NCBI RefSeq assembly: GCF_031769215.1
Contig: NW_026781931.1
Span: 434,001 to 498,000, forward strand
Direction: 5' to 3'
Source of the DNA: Ylistrum balloti
Lineage: Eukaryota
Length of the DNA: 64,000 nt
Shown in pieces: positions 24,341 to 37,194 of this stretch (positions are counted from its first letter, which is position 1; each line of letters begins with the position of its first letter). The notes below the pieces were generated by a model that was given only the letters and a program-made list of their open reading frames with translations, did not search any database and was not told the origin of the DNA. The translations under genes and the position numbers were made by a program.

Positions 24341-26810
24341 TGAAATAAATGATGACCTCTCTTACAATTATATCTATTTAAGTGTTTAAAAATATATGTA
24401 AAAAGTGGATTTTTTGTTTGTTTCCCTTTCACGTGATAATTGTACACCAGGTAGATTGATAGTGATCGTCTGTGTTGTCCTCAGTGCTGTATCTACAATC
24501 ACATTAGCTAGGCATGTTGATCAGCCATGTATACATACTATAACGTAAAATCTTTATATACAAATATAATGTTTTGTATGCAAATTCAATGCACGTGATT
24601 TATTCATTTCTATAAAGATTAAATGTCTTGTACAAGCCCTCTCCCTATTTAATTTATTGGATGTCGACGGTATCATTTTGAATTTCTAAATCATTCTTAA
24701 TTTTTAAAAGTTTATTGATTTAAGTTTTGAATGCAAACATTTGCGGTCACAATAAGACACTATTAGGTACATAATCTAATGCTTTATATCCAGTAATGTG
24801 ATGAGACATATCCTTTTAAATCAATATTTTGCTGTGCGGTTAAATACTCACATCTATCGTGTAGCTAGTCTATTGTGTATCGTAACATGCATGTGTTACA
24901 ACACTTCTGTAATGTCATAAAAAGTCACATCTGGATGACACAAATAGTTGTCTCGGTAGTGAACATGTACTGTCCAAGTCAAAAGGTTTCGCTTCTTCTT
25001 ATCAGAAATCTGGCTCATATATAAAAAAAAAAAAATATTGCACTTGTGCTATATTCACATATTAAATTTTTAGACTTGTTTAGTTAATTCCGTATTACAT
25101 CAACACTCATGTAAAACACTATATTTACAATAAAACTGAATAAAAGATATTCCTACAAAAGTTAACATGCTTTGTTCACAGTCTTTTTTGTGCAATTATT
25201 CAAATGGCGGAGTTTTATTCGACATTTACAGTAGGAGTTATCGCCCTTCCTTCACTTCTGCCCGGAGAGTTACGTATTAGTTTATATCCATATGTTATCC
25301 CAATAAGATTTTTTGTGTACAGAAGGGTGATAAATATCTACAAATTGGGAGTACACGGGAAACTGGAGAAGGTTGCCTGCTGTCAAACGGTGCTAATAAT
25401 GTTGTTTTAAGTCGTGTAAAGCTTGCTGTACACGCTGCAGATCTTGTAAATATACAAACATCCCGCAGTCACGCAATGCACGCACTTACTAAAAATACAT
25501 CACACTCGTCTTATATGTATTCATTTTATCACTATCAACGCTACACACTATCTCGAACTCCACGTGAGGTCACCGTAGTGACGTACACGAGGATGCACGT
25601 CCGTGTGATCGGCGACAACCCACCTGTTCTAACCTAAGATCACATAGGTTTAACAGATTATGTATGTACAACATGTAAATCTCGTCAGAGCTGCGCTTAT
25701 CCTCAACATACGGTAGCACGATTAAAGATAAAACAAGAAAATTTATCTGGCTCCAATATACGTCATCAGTGCTGGATAATGAGAGTTTCGATTTTTTTTC
25801 ACTATATTTCAAACATTCATATTTTGATGTTGAATATATAGAAAGGGGCTTTTATAATGGAAATCATATTCGGAGATATAAAACACCTGTTCAACAAGAT
25901 GAAATATAACATTTTTTATACGAGTCAATGGATTAAGGAGCCATCGGAACAAACGCTGACGCGTTCAATCTCCCTACACCCAACTAAATCTCTCCTTAAT
26001 ATTGAATAAATATGGACCAGATTTTAATCATATACACAACCTCAAGGCAATGTCCTCACAGAAATGAGATATAATGGTATAATGTCCTCATATAGTGACG
26101 TGGAACAGAGAAGACGAAAATACGAGTTTGTGGGCACTATTGAGAGAGTAGAAACGTTTAATTCAATAAAAAAATGATGCTTGTATTTCGTGCAATTTCA
26201 ATGCAATTCAAGTGACCGTGTGTAGGGACATGCAAACGTCCCCATAGCCGTACGAGTTTCCCCACAAGGTAGGTGATAAATGGAAAATATATCCCCATGT
26301 CTACGGTTTTACCATATATATATCGCACACACACCCTTCCCTCCCTCCGTCTTCCACCCGCCCTGTTTTAGAAAAGCTAGTATTTGCAACACCAAGCAAG
26401 TTAATATGAGAGTCGTGTTTTTCATGATTCTTTAATAACACAGTCAGTAACAGAAAACAAACACATACAATAGTGTGCTTCTATATATTGAAAATATACT
26501 TTGTAAAAACTATCTATCATAATATTCCTGAAGATAAATACAATGGCGATGATACAATGCTATATTTTTTTCATTATCTTTCGATAAATGCACAAATGGA
26601 TTTGGCGTTCAGCAGTAACAGAACTTAGTGATATAGATTAATAATTTGATAAACTTCATTTCTCTATCATAGTTTGATTAAATGTTTCTAATATCAAAAT
26701 ACCAAATAATATATCAAATACTATTACATAGCTTAAAATCTTCCGGCTGTGATACGTGGAGACCTGGTTACCTTTCGGACCATGTCAGACCGATACATGT
26801 CTATGATAAG

Positions 26811-27550
26811 GTATTGTGTGGTGAAATGATTATAGTGTATAAATAGATTGGAATCCCCTATCGCAAAGGACTTTTTATATACCCTATAAGTACGCGGTAT
26901 GTGTATTGTGTGGTGAAATGATTACAGTGTATAAATAGATTGGAATCCCCTATAGCAAAGGACTTTTTATATACCCTATAAGTACGCGGTATGTGTATTG
27001 TGTGGTGAAATGATTACAGTGTATAAATAGATTGGAATCCCCTAGCGGTAAGGACTTTTTATATACCCTATAAGTACGCGGTATGTGTATTGTGTGGTGA
27101 AATGATTACAGTGTACAAATAGATTGGAATCCCCTATAGCAAAGGACTTTTTATATACCCTATAAATACGCGGTATGTGTATTGTGTGGTGAAATGATTA
27201 CAGTGTATAAATAGATTGGAATCCCCTATCGCTAAGGACTTTTTATATACCCTATAAGTACGCGGTATGTGTATTGTGTGGTGAAATGATTACAGTGTAT
27301 AAATAGATTGGAATCCCCTATCGCAAAGGACTTTTTATATACCCTATAAGTACGCGGTATGTGTATTGTGTGGTGAAATGATTACAGTGTATAAATAGAT
27401 TGGAATCCCCTATCGCTAAGGACTTTTTATATACCCTATAAGTACGCGGTATGTGTATTGTGTGGTGAAATGATTACAGTGTATAAAAAGATTGGAATCC
27501 CCTATAGCAAAGGACTTTTTATATACCCTATAAGTACGCGGTATGTGTAC
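26811..27550. repeat. 92-bp tandem repeat x8
   Basis: Unit gtattgtgtggtgaaatgattacagtgtataaatagattggaatcccctatNgcNaaggactttttatataccctataagtacgcggtatgt; period checked at 26811/26903/26995. Confidence 0.97.
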
Positions 27551-28312
27551 TGCATTTCCCCATCGATGACGTGATATTGAAATCAACATCTCAATAACAT
27601 GTCCAATAACTGCACATTATTCTACTCTCAAAGAATCAAGGGACAAGATTGTGAAAATTAATGTCTCATCAGAAACTGACTATATTCGTTAAGCTTTGTT
27701 TTGACTTCATATTAACGGCAGTTAAATTACAGCGTAAGGTTGATCATGTTACAAAGCAGGCAAACAAGGGAGTAGAAGGATGTGATTCATCCTTGACAAA
27801 CCAATGTATTCTGTATAATACTTTGTTGATGATATATTTTCGTAATAATAGTGTTTTCTTACCGAGTTCTGTTTGTTTTGGATGCCATATTGAGGTAAAC
27901 CCTTTCAATGCAGTGGCGACACCGTTAGGTTTAATTTTAGCTAACAGGGAAATATGTCTAACACAACAGGGAAGAAATGTCCCAAGATGCTTTGAATTTT
28001 TAGAATAATTTACAAATGCATATTTAACATTCAGTTGTCTCCCTTACAACAGAAAAAACTCTCCGAAAATAATCGATCACACTGGCAAAATCTATATGAA
28101 TAAAATGTTTATGATGTATTGAGGTATAACTTGATAATATGATGATTTGGAAGTACTCAAAACACACATAAGTAACGATCAGTTTATAAATAGGTGACCA
28201 AAACTACTGCTTGATGTGTCCGATATCACAGAATTCTACATATCCTGGAAACTATCACAGTTTGGGTAGTATTGCATATATATAAATATAAAAACTACGG
28301 GGATAAAAATGG

Positions 28313-28400
28313 TAATATAGATCATTGTAATATAGGTCATTGTGATATAGGTCATTGTAATATAGGTCATTGTAATATAGGTCATTGTAATATAGATCTT
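28313..28400. repeat. 15-bp tandem repeat (~5.5 copies)
   Basis: Unit aatataggtcattgt. Confidence 0.9.
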
Positions 28401-29382
28401 TGTGCAGCTAAGGTATAACTATGATATTCTCAATATCCACAATCGTTTCGGCTTTTATCTCATAGAATACATGTTAGCATATACTGTAAATATATCAAAC
28501 TCAATGATTCAATTTTTCAAATACCACAATACGTTGTTTTCGATTGGTTGGAATCCCAATTCCTGATATCGTGCTGATGTTGTTAGTGTATATAAAATCG
28601 GACGCTGTCAGATTCTGTCTAACATGGCACGAAGCTTCACTTTCTCAGCCTCAGTACCGTCAGACACGAAATGGATCCAAAATGTAATAAAATGCCATTA
28701 TTTCTAAATCTATGTCTAACTTAGTACAGACCATCACGTCAATTTCTTTGGCAGTCCAAGTCCAGAATTACACTTATCTACCAGAGCCCTATTGATAAAT
28801 CTCCTTTATTTTTAACGATGCCAAAACTGTCATTGTTTTCAATTTAATAAGATACATACAAGTGATGTTTTCGTCCAAAATAACCTGTATATAGAAGTAT
28901 ATGATATATTTATTACATTCTGTATCGCGACGAAACGTCTTGGCGGGCTGATAAGGGTCTGAGATCTGATGCATGAAGCAACGTACATATGAATCAATTA
29001 CCGATTCGAAATATGAAATCTGGCAGCGTTCGAAATCAATTTCTGAAACTTTTCCTCATAAAGAGTTTCATGTAAACTTCATCTGTATACAGTAAATGTT
29101 ATCTATTCAAAATATTGTGTGATTTCAGACCATGACCAAACGGATCTATGATTGGCCGATAGTTCCAATCTTAGTTATTGTGAAGTCATAACTTGATGAC
29201 GTCATATGCAAGGCCATGTCACCAAAGAATGAATTAAGGTAGAGTGAAATTATCGACAATTTAGATTTTGTATCAGTTATAGATGCTGCTGTCACGAATT
29301 CTTTTATAAGTATCGTAGTTATGTGACAAACATAATGATAGAGCTGATCATATCACTGTTTGGAGGTTTTAAAACATATGTG

Positions 29383-29678
29383 TTACAGATTGTCGTATTG
29401 AGATGGAGGTCGGTCTGTATCAGTCTTTGACTGTTTTGGTTGGGATTTGGTCCCGGATTTCTTTTTCTCACTACCTGTTTGTGCTGTTTTAACACTGGCT
29501 TCCTTTTTGAGTTCTTTTAAATCCTCTACGTTATCCTGCTGTATTGAGAACATCCTTTGACGGACGTATACAAATGCCTGTTTCTTTCTCGGCTTTGGAG
29601 ACTTCGGCTTCGGTTGCTCTACGGCTGGAGGCTTCACGAATTTCTTGCCCGAGGAATGGCGCGGAGGAGGTGGTGGAG

Positions 29679-29717
<39 letters not shown>

Positions 29718-32700
29718 TTTTCTGACGAGGTTGTCTCTGATCGGATGCAGTCTTTTTCTTTTTAGAATTTTTGGAGAAAAGTTTCTGCATGAAGCCGGCA
29801 GGCTTTTTATCGTCTTGGTCCTCTGGTTGGAGATTGTCGGTATTCAGAGGAACCACGTCCGGTGTGGTCTGCTGTTCCGGTACGGCCATGAAAGACGCAC
29901 ATGGGGACAGTCTATTCGGGGGAACATTGATCCTGAGGGACGCGAAGTCAATGTTTCCGTCCGTTGAATTCTCAGATGTAGCTGACATGAAGGAGGCACC
30001 TGATCCTGAATCTGACGGAGGTGTGTTAGATTCAGTAATGGCCGGCAGAGGATTTATCGGTTGTTTGGGTTTAACTATAACCGGTTCATTCACGCTGTCT
30101 CCTTCCGCCCCAGTCTGATGAACCACGGGTATTTTACAACCCGGCGGAACACTTATCTTTCCCATAGACTTATTAGGGACCGTTGCTATCCTACCGGGAG
30201 CGGAATGAAAGCGGAGCAGAGGTAGACGGCTCGGACTGATTCGACCACTAAGTTTCGGGGATCCGTCCGAGTACTCTCTAGGTAAACTTTTTGACTTTTG
30301 TTCCAGGTCATCCATTGGTGGAGCCAATTTACCTTTTAGCGTCGTGATTGGCTGTGCTTTCCTTCCCGGCATGCTGTCATGCTTAGCATCCTTTGACTTA
30401 CTAAATGATTCTGTCTGCGCTACTAGTTCCATGATGTTCTTCCGACGTTCGTCATCGGAAGAAGTATGCCGTGGTGATAAGTCTCCATCTTTGATAAAGG
30501 AATCTGTCATTAACGATCGCTCGGAAGAAGAAGTACTGTCCGACCTTTTCCAAGGGTAGTCAGGTGCTACTTTTCCAGTTGGACTTTGTAGCCTTTCGGA
30601 TACATTTCGTAATTTCGAAATACAGGCAGCCATTCGCTCATCCATAAGTGACGAGTCCGTATTGGTTGCCATATCGACCGTCTCGGTTGTACATGTGGAT
30701 GATACCTTGTGAGCCACATCACTAAGTGGCTTCTGTCCAAAACAAGTCTCAGCTATGTAACGCGCATGACTAAATGTACTTGTGGATTTATCGCACTTGG
30801 CCAGATCCAACGTCATAGTTCCCCTAGAGAAACTCCGCCTTACTATCGTTGACGTTTGCTTTTCAAATGTCAATTTAGGAATTGTGTTGATTCCAACGTC
30901 ACAGAGCACTTTGCCATCTTTCTCTTTTTTCATGAGGTCAGACAGCTGGTCATCATCTGGGTCCTCATATTGCCACGCTGAAGAAATAACGGTCTGCGAC
31001 GATGTCTCGGCTAGAGGAACAAAGTCCGTCGTAGTGCAGTCGTCGATCATTTCTATGGGGTCGCGATCATCCTCCATGGGCTCACTGGAGGCTAAGTCGA
31101 ACGCAGATTCTGGTATAAGGAAGAGTTCATCACCTTCCACCTCACTCATAAGCCCAATATAGGGTAGAGATTCTGTGGATGTCGCCATATCGGTGCATTC
31201 CACATCATCTTTTTCTATTGTTTCAAGTTCCGCCGATGTAGAAACAGATTTGTCGATAAAGCAAATTTCTGAAGTCTGCGTGTTAACATCAATCAAAGGG
31301 GTGGCCGTTTGTCCGAACGAAAGCGCCATCGTCCCCCTCTCCTGTGTATTGGTCGGGGTGGTTGTGGTCGAATTGTCCATTCGCGGAACCAGCTCCTCAG
31401 ACGAAATGTTTGTAGAGATGTCGGAGTTTTTTACGATTACCGTATTGGTACCGCTAGTCACAACGTCCGGCGGCTGCGTCTCTGTCCACACTGAAGATGA
31501 CACTGGTTTAAGTTTCTCATACCAGTCTTCGTCAGTTGACATATTAGCGTCTTGCACTAGCACGGGGTCCGTGTTTGTTTCGTCTGTTTCCTGTGGTATA
31601 TGTACAGAAGTCTGTGCGTCTTGCATTTTGACTCTCTCCGTCAGTGTCTCGTTGTCCTGTACAATTACTACGGTTTCCGTTTCACTGTCTCGATATTGCT
31701 TGGTCTCTGTATATGTTGCTTGGTCCATGGAAGTCACCATTGTGGTCTCAACTCCAGTGTCCATTGTGGCCGGACGCGTTGGCGATATACCCGTATTGAC
31801 CATCACAGGCATTGGAGTGATTGTCCAGTTATCCGTGGTTGATTTCCTGGGAGTTGTCGTCTCCTTGTCACATAACAAGACAGAGGTGGTCTCCGTGCTG
31901 GCGTCCTGTACGTCACACGACACGGATGCAGGGATGTCCTGTTCACTGTTGTTAGCACTAGAACCTTTACTCTTAAATAACTTGGAAAATATACTAGTTC
32001 CTGCGTGCCACGATTTCCTATTTGGACTGGCGGAAGGCGGTTCGAGTTCATCAATTGAAACCTGCATAGTTTGGTCCCTTTGTGGTAGTGGCATCGGACT
32101 TGTGTCGGAATCCTTTGTATTTGGATTTACCTGGAATCCTTGGTCACATACTTCCAGTTTCATTGTCTCCACACTTGTTTCTGTTGTTTCACAATTATCC
32201 GTACACATTGACCGTTCTGACGTGTTGAGTGCTTCGGTCCAAGTGGCCTTGCAGTCTTGTATGATTGTGGGCATGGATGTCTCACTGTCTATCATGTTTA
32301 CCCTGTTAGTACCAATGCACTGGTCAGTCTGGCCCGCGTAATCTGTACCCATTGACCGAGATACCTGGTTGACCCTAAATGTCTGGGTATCCACAGTACT
32401 CTGTTCTACGCGAGTACACGTCCCGAAACTTCGGAGTCTAGAAGGGTACGTGTATGTCGTAGCATCACAAGTTTCTACAACTGTTTTATTTTCTTCGACT
32501 GTCATCGTGGTCTTATCGCGCATCCGACGACGAAATCTTCTTCCTGGCTCATCGCAGTTGATGGGATCCAAGGCAATGGTACGCATTTCCGGTCTAGACA
32601 ACGATGTGTCCTCGCATGACAGACTCCTGTTTGGCATTTGTGTCAGCATTGGGAGTGATTTGGACTTATCCTCCAATAGATTGCTTTCTACCATTGAGAG

Positions 32701-34323
32701 GTCCGTCTGTACCCGTTTGCTGCGTATAAGTAACCGCCTACGTCTCCTCGACTCGCGACTGTCGTTGTCAGTGGTGTTGAGGATGATGATGTCCTGTATC
32801 TTTGGCGCCTCCCCGACGAATGGTGTTGTGGTGGAGAGGTCCTCACAACACTTGGCACATATTCCCGATCCCGGCGTCCCCGGGTCACTGTACACCTGCA
32901 GACCTTTGTGAATCATGGGTATCGCCTGTGTGTTGAGCGCGACGTCTGACGACGTCACAGCTGTGGAGGTCTCCTGGTTACATGTTTGCACGGACGGTTT
33001 CACACCATTACAGATATTGTGGTCGGTTGACCGTCGTTTTCGCGTCGCAGACCGGTCCGTTTCCGCATTATTCGCATATCCGTTGGTAATGACGGACGCG
33101 TCAATGTCTCGTGTTCTTACTGGACGTTCTTTTACCGGCACAACTTCATCGTTCGAGATCATAGGATCCGTCTGCGTGTCACATGTGACAAGCTCAGGTT
33201 TTGACAATGATTTTTCCTTTGAGTTTTCACCTTTTAAATCTCCATTCGTCTGTCCTTTGACGTCCTCCTGGAATGACAGAGTGCCAAATGTGACACTGCC
33301 AGGGTTGAAATGTATGTCAATCATATCGTCAGATGGTAATTTAGGTAAGTCCGGCTCCATCAACGCATGAAGCTTGCTTTCCATTTCACGTTTTAAAAGC
33401 AACAATTCCACACCCCTATCTCTCATGATAATCTCAGTTAAGTTCGAAGCACTTTGAAGCTCATCTACGTTTTCTTGCAGCCATTCACGATGTTTGAGAA
33501 AGTCTGTAACATTTTCTCCAAAGTATTCATCAACACTTTTCAGCAATTCTCTCTCTGTTGATCGAACCTGCTGAATATAACTTATCGCTAAATCTCGTAT
33601 ATTTTCGCGAGTTCTCTTCATGCCGTTTTCACACCTATTGATGACCTCTATACGGTCGTTTATGTCCGTGATTCTATTTTTAGACTTATCAAGAAGACCC
33701 TGCATAGACGCTTTATATTTGACATAACCGTCGTTGAAAGAACATATATCATGGTCGCGATGCTCTTGAAACGTGCAGACAATACAGATACAGGTATCAC
33801 AAGGTTCACAGTAAAAGCGCACGATCTCTTCCGGGTGAGCCTTACACTCAATATCCTTCTCCCCTTCCACGTCTATAAGACTGTGGTGCTGCGTGACTTT
33901 GGTCTCGCGGTGCAGGGTCACGCACGCTTTACACAAAAGTTTCGAACAATCGAGACACTTCGCACATGCCTCATTTGTACGTTTCCGTACAGTATGACAA
34001 ATCTCACACGGTGGGATTTTTGAAGGACGTCTTCTGTCAATGATTTCTGTGAGGTTTGACAGAAGAAAGTTGTCCGGAAGTCGTCGTATTCCTCCTGTAG
34101 GAATTTCCGTTTTTCGACGACATATTGGGCACGTGACATATCTGTTGTAAAGGGAAAACCGAGAGCGTGATCCTTCCGAATCCACATGTTGCTGGAGACA
34201 TTCAATACAAAACGTATGTAAACAAATTAATGTTTTGGGGTTCTTAAATGGTTCAAAACAAATTTTACAGTGAAGAAACTGATCACTGATCTCTCGCATC
34301 AATTTATCGCCGGTAGCCATCAT
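29383..34323 (-). CDS. TRIM/RBCC E3 ubiquitin ligase-like protein, 1646 aa, with a long disordered Thr-rich repeat tail; intronless CDS
   Basis: Uninterrupted ORF. C3HC4 RING (CKIC..CLHTFC..C..CPIC, aa 19-68, ~34120-34269) followed by LPDNFLL; B-box1 (aa 106-147); B-box2 (CKAH..FYCEPC..C..C..H..H, aa 160-191); coiled coil (aa ~200-325). N-terminus resembles TRIM2/3/45/56-type RBCC; no NHL, filamin or SPRY domain is visible. Local GC rise and balanced codon use support coding. Confidence 0.96.
29663..29715 (-). repeat. (CAG)n polyQ (11 Q) followed by polyP (6 P) within the TRIM CDS
   Basis: Plus strand ggaggaggtggtggaggctgctgttgctgctg...ctgctgg; protein IQQQQQQQQQQQPPPPPPR. Confidence 0.95.
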
Positions 34324-35136
34324 TGAGTTGGTGTATACTCTTACATTAACACACTATTCTCATCGCGAGGGAATATACAACGGTTATGAATAAAGATCAA
34401 TCAGACGCCCGTTTTACATGTTGGCACCCTGGGTAATATTTTCTCCATGGTGGGCGATGGCAAGCTGATTTATGACACAACTGGTGTATATCCCAAACTT
34501 ATCTTGTCTCGGGGAAAAAACTTTCCGGCCGCATGTTAATAACCGTCGCAGTAGGATGCCAACTACTCACAGTGGCTCACCATCTCACACGACATCTTCA
34601 TTATCATCTTAAACTCGTCTATCCAATTTTAAACATCATGACGTCAGCACGTATTCAATTTCAAAAATATTGGAATCGTACAAAAGATGTTGATGTTGGA
34701 AAACACACCATTCCTACTGTTTCACGTGTTTGTATAATACACAAGGCATCCCCTTATCACCAGGACGTACTGAGGATGATAACGTTCACAACGGGAATGA
34801 AAAAATCTCCGGTTTCCTCCAATCATATATCTTTAGATTCACGTGCACTGGTTATCATGTCTTCATCTTGATATAGCACTTTACAAATGTGTTCACACAT
34901 TTCTAGGGCTAAGTAATTTCCAATGCGTTTTGCAGGTTTGTACTTTTTTGTGTGTGTGTTGTAACGGTAGTCTGTATGATGAGTATGATGTACACTACGC
35001 TGTCTATTAACTCCGCCGCGGTACAGAAGAGTTCTCCCAAAGGTCACCAACTCCGCTTGACACAAACTAATGTCAAGGTCGCAAAGTCTATCCTCTTGTG
35101 ATGGAACCCATAAAAATGTTCACCATTCGCTTGTAC
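34324..35136 (-). other. Probable 5'UTR portion of the giant TRIM exon
   Basis: Strong minus-strand acceptor ttattgttttactttcag|G at 35137/35136; no convincing acceptor between it and the ATG at 34323. Confidence 0.55.
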
Positions 35137-35520
35137 CTGAAAGTAAAACAATAATCACAGTTTTAATATGTTAATCTGTTTAGTAGTTTAGTAACACATC
35201 CAGTGTTTAAATGAATGCTAATATTATTTACCATTAAAATATAGTTGTTGACAATCTGAATAATTACTGTCATTAGAAACATGAAATATATATTTCAACA
35301 GTCCCAAATCTATCATCAATGTCTAAAGATGGTTTAATGAAAATCCGAATGAGTAATCTCATTGTTTACATCGTTAATTTTGAGACGCTATAATGTCTTT
35401 GTTAAATGTTGTAGAATTCTATAGTTCACAAACGCTTTCTATTATTTAGTGATAGCTTATAAAACTATGGTTGACGCGTGAAATCAATATTATTTCAATC
35501 GATTATCTACAGATCGACAA

Positions 35521-35951
35521 TTAAACACACCTAGCTTCAGTGCCAGGTACTGGACCACAGTGTCCACTACTAACTTCAGTGTCAGGTACTGGACCACAGT
35601 GTCCACTACTAACTTCAGTGTCAGGTACTGGACCACAGTGTCCACTACTAACTTCAGTGTCAGGTACTGGACCACAGTGTCCACTACTAACTTCAGTGTC
35701 AGGTACTGGACCACAGTGTCCACTACTAACTTCAGTGCCAGGTACTGGACCACAGTGTCCACTACTAATTTCAGTGTCAGGTACTGGACCACAGTGTCCA
35801 CTACTAACTTCAGTGCCAGGTACTGGACCACAGTGTCCACTACTAATTTCAGTGTCAGGTACTGGACCATAGTGTCCACTCCCAGCTTCAGTGCCAGGCA
35901 CTGGACCATAGTGTCCACACCTAGCTTCAGTGCCAGGTACTGGACCATAGT
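35521..35951. repeat. 39-bp minisatellite (~11 copies) in TRIM intron
   Basis: Unit cttcagtgtcaggtactggaccacagtgtccactactaa. Confidence 0.97.
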
Positions 35952-37194
35952 GTCGATATATAAAAAAAACTCTTTAATTCCAATACTTACAGCCCTACCA
36001 CTACTCCTATTCCAATATCATGTTATAACTCTCATTCCAATGTCTGATTGTTGCCAATTTATCCTCGCTCAATTTTAGAAAGAAGAAAAAAAATAAAACC
36101 CTAACACTTTTTAAGTCGTAAAATGTGTGAAAGGACATCAAAAACAGTCACGGACGATTAACTGACAACGAACGTCGATAAAGTTTGTCTTACTGACGAA
36201 GTGGCCGAGTTAGTCATATGACAGCTGTGTGTCTTACCTCGGACTATCGTCAGTCTAACAGACGCCCAGTCATCTTAGTTTACATAGCAGTGTTAACATC
36301 TGTTCTACATGATTTTCTAACAATATCCAGTCACCAACCACAATACAAAGCAGCAAGCTATAGTGACTGGTGCGTTTTATTGTGTGTCGCAAATATTACA
36401 TTTCCTTGAGAAATTCCATGAAGATGGTCTGTCTCCGGAAGCTGAACATGCCTTTGGTGTTCAGGTTTTAGTGTTCTGGTTTTGGTAGTAACGGTTAGGG
36501 TTTGTTTAGTTGCTTTGATAATCCTAAATCAACATCTATGGAAAACAAATTAAGATAAGTATGACCCGAAATTAAGGAAGTAAGGAAGCGTGACCAATGT
36601 GTAAGCAATTTGGAGGTTTGAGCGCTTTATCGTTGTATTGTAGGTCGGTACCACTGTTTACACGTGAGGAACACGAAATGCACGGACACTGATATACCAC
36701 TAGTTTATAAATAGTGATGAGTAAGAGATATCTAGAAACACCTCCGTTAGGTACACGGGTCCTTGATGATGTAGCTAGCGGCGAAAGCCTTGTTTCCAAG
36801 GCGATGGTGCTAACATCCCCGCCAATTTTAATAATAATAATATAGAGACATACTTTATGATGGTATTTTCTACATCGGTAACCGATACTTAACCCCCTCT
36901 CGATACCTTGTCTGTTTTAGCCCCTCCCAGCCACAAACTCCATGGGACGTTTTTGATGTTGCTATCATCTGTATTTTTTACAGTTATACCCTATCAGAAT
37001 GAAATTAAACATAGCTGGTTACACCTTGGCACCCTACACAACGACACCTATCCTTTCTCTTATATAACAGCTCTGAATTTAGCACAGCTTTCTTCTTTGC
37101 CAACACTTAAGTATGTTTTCTATCAAACAATTTTTATTTTAAGAATCCTATGACCACCTTGCAACGGTGCATTTTGTTAACAATACTCTTGTTT

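Noticed and set aside
26811-27550. Regularly spaced repeats resembling CRISPR arrays (also 13192, 19000, 39557)
   Set aside because: Units are head-to-tail with no unique spacers, the context is eukaryotic and there are no cas genes.
29544-34205. Long plus-strand ORFs antisense to the TRIM CDS (e.g. 388 aa at 31175-32341, 180 aa, 151 aa, 136 aa)
   Set aside because: Shadow frames: Thr/Ser/Asp/Glu-rich sense codons rarely give antisense stops; the products are low-complexity S/V-rich with no domain.
36761-36803. Hammerhead-like TTGATGA...GAAA followed by a GCCTTG-TTTC-CAAGGC hairpin
   Set aside because: C3 is missing, stem II does not pair and there is no U-H cleavage site after stem III.
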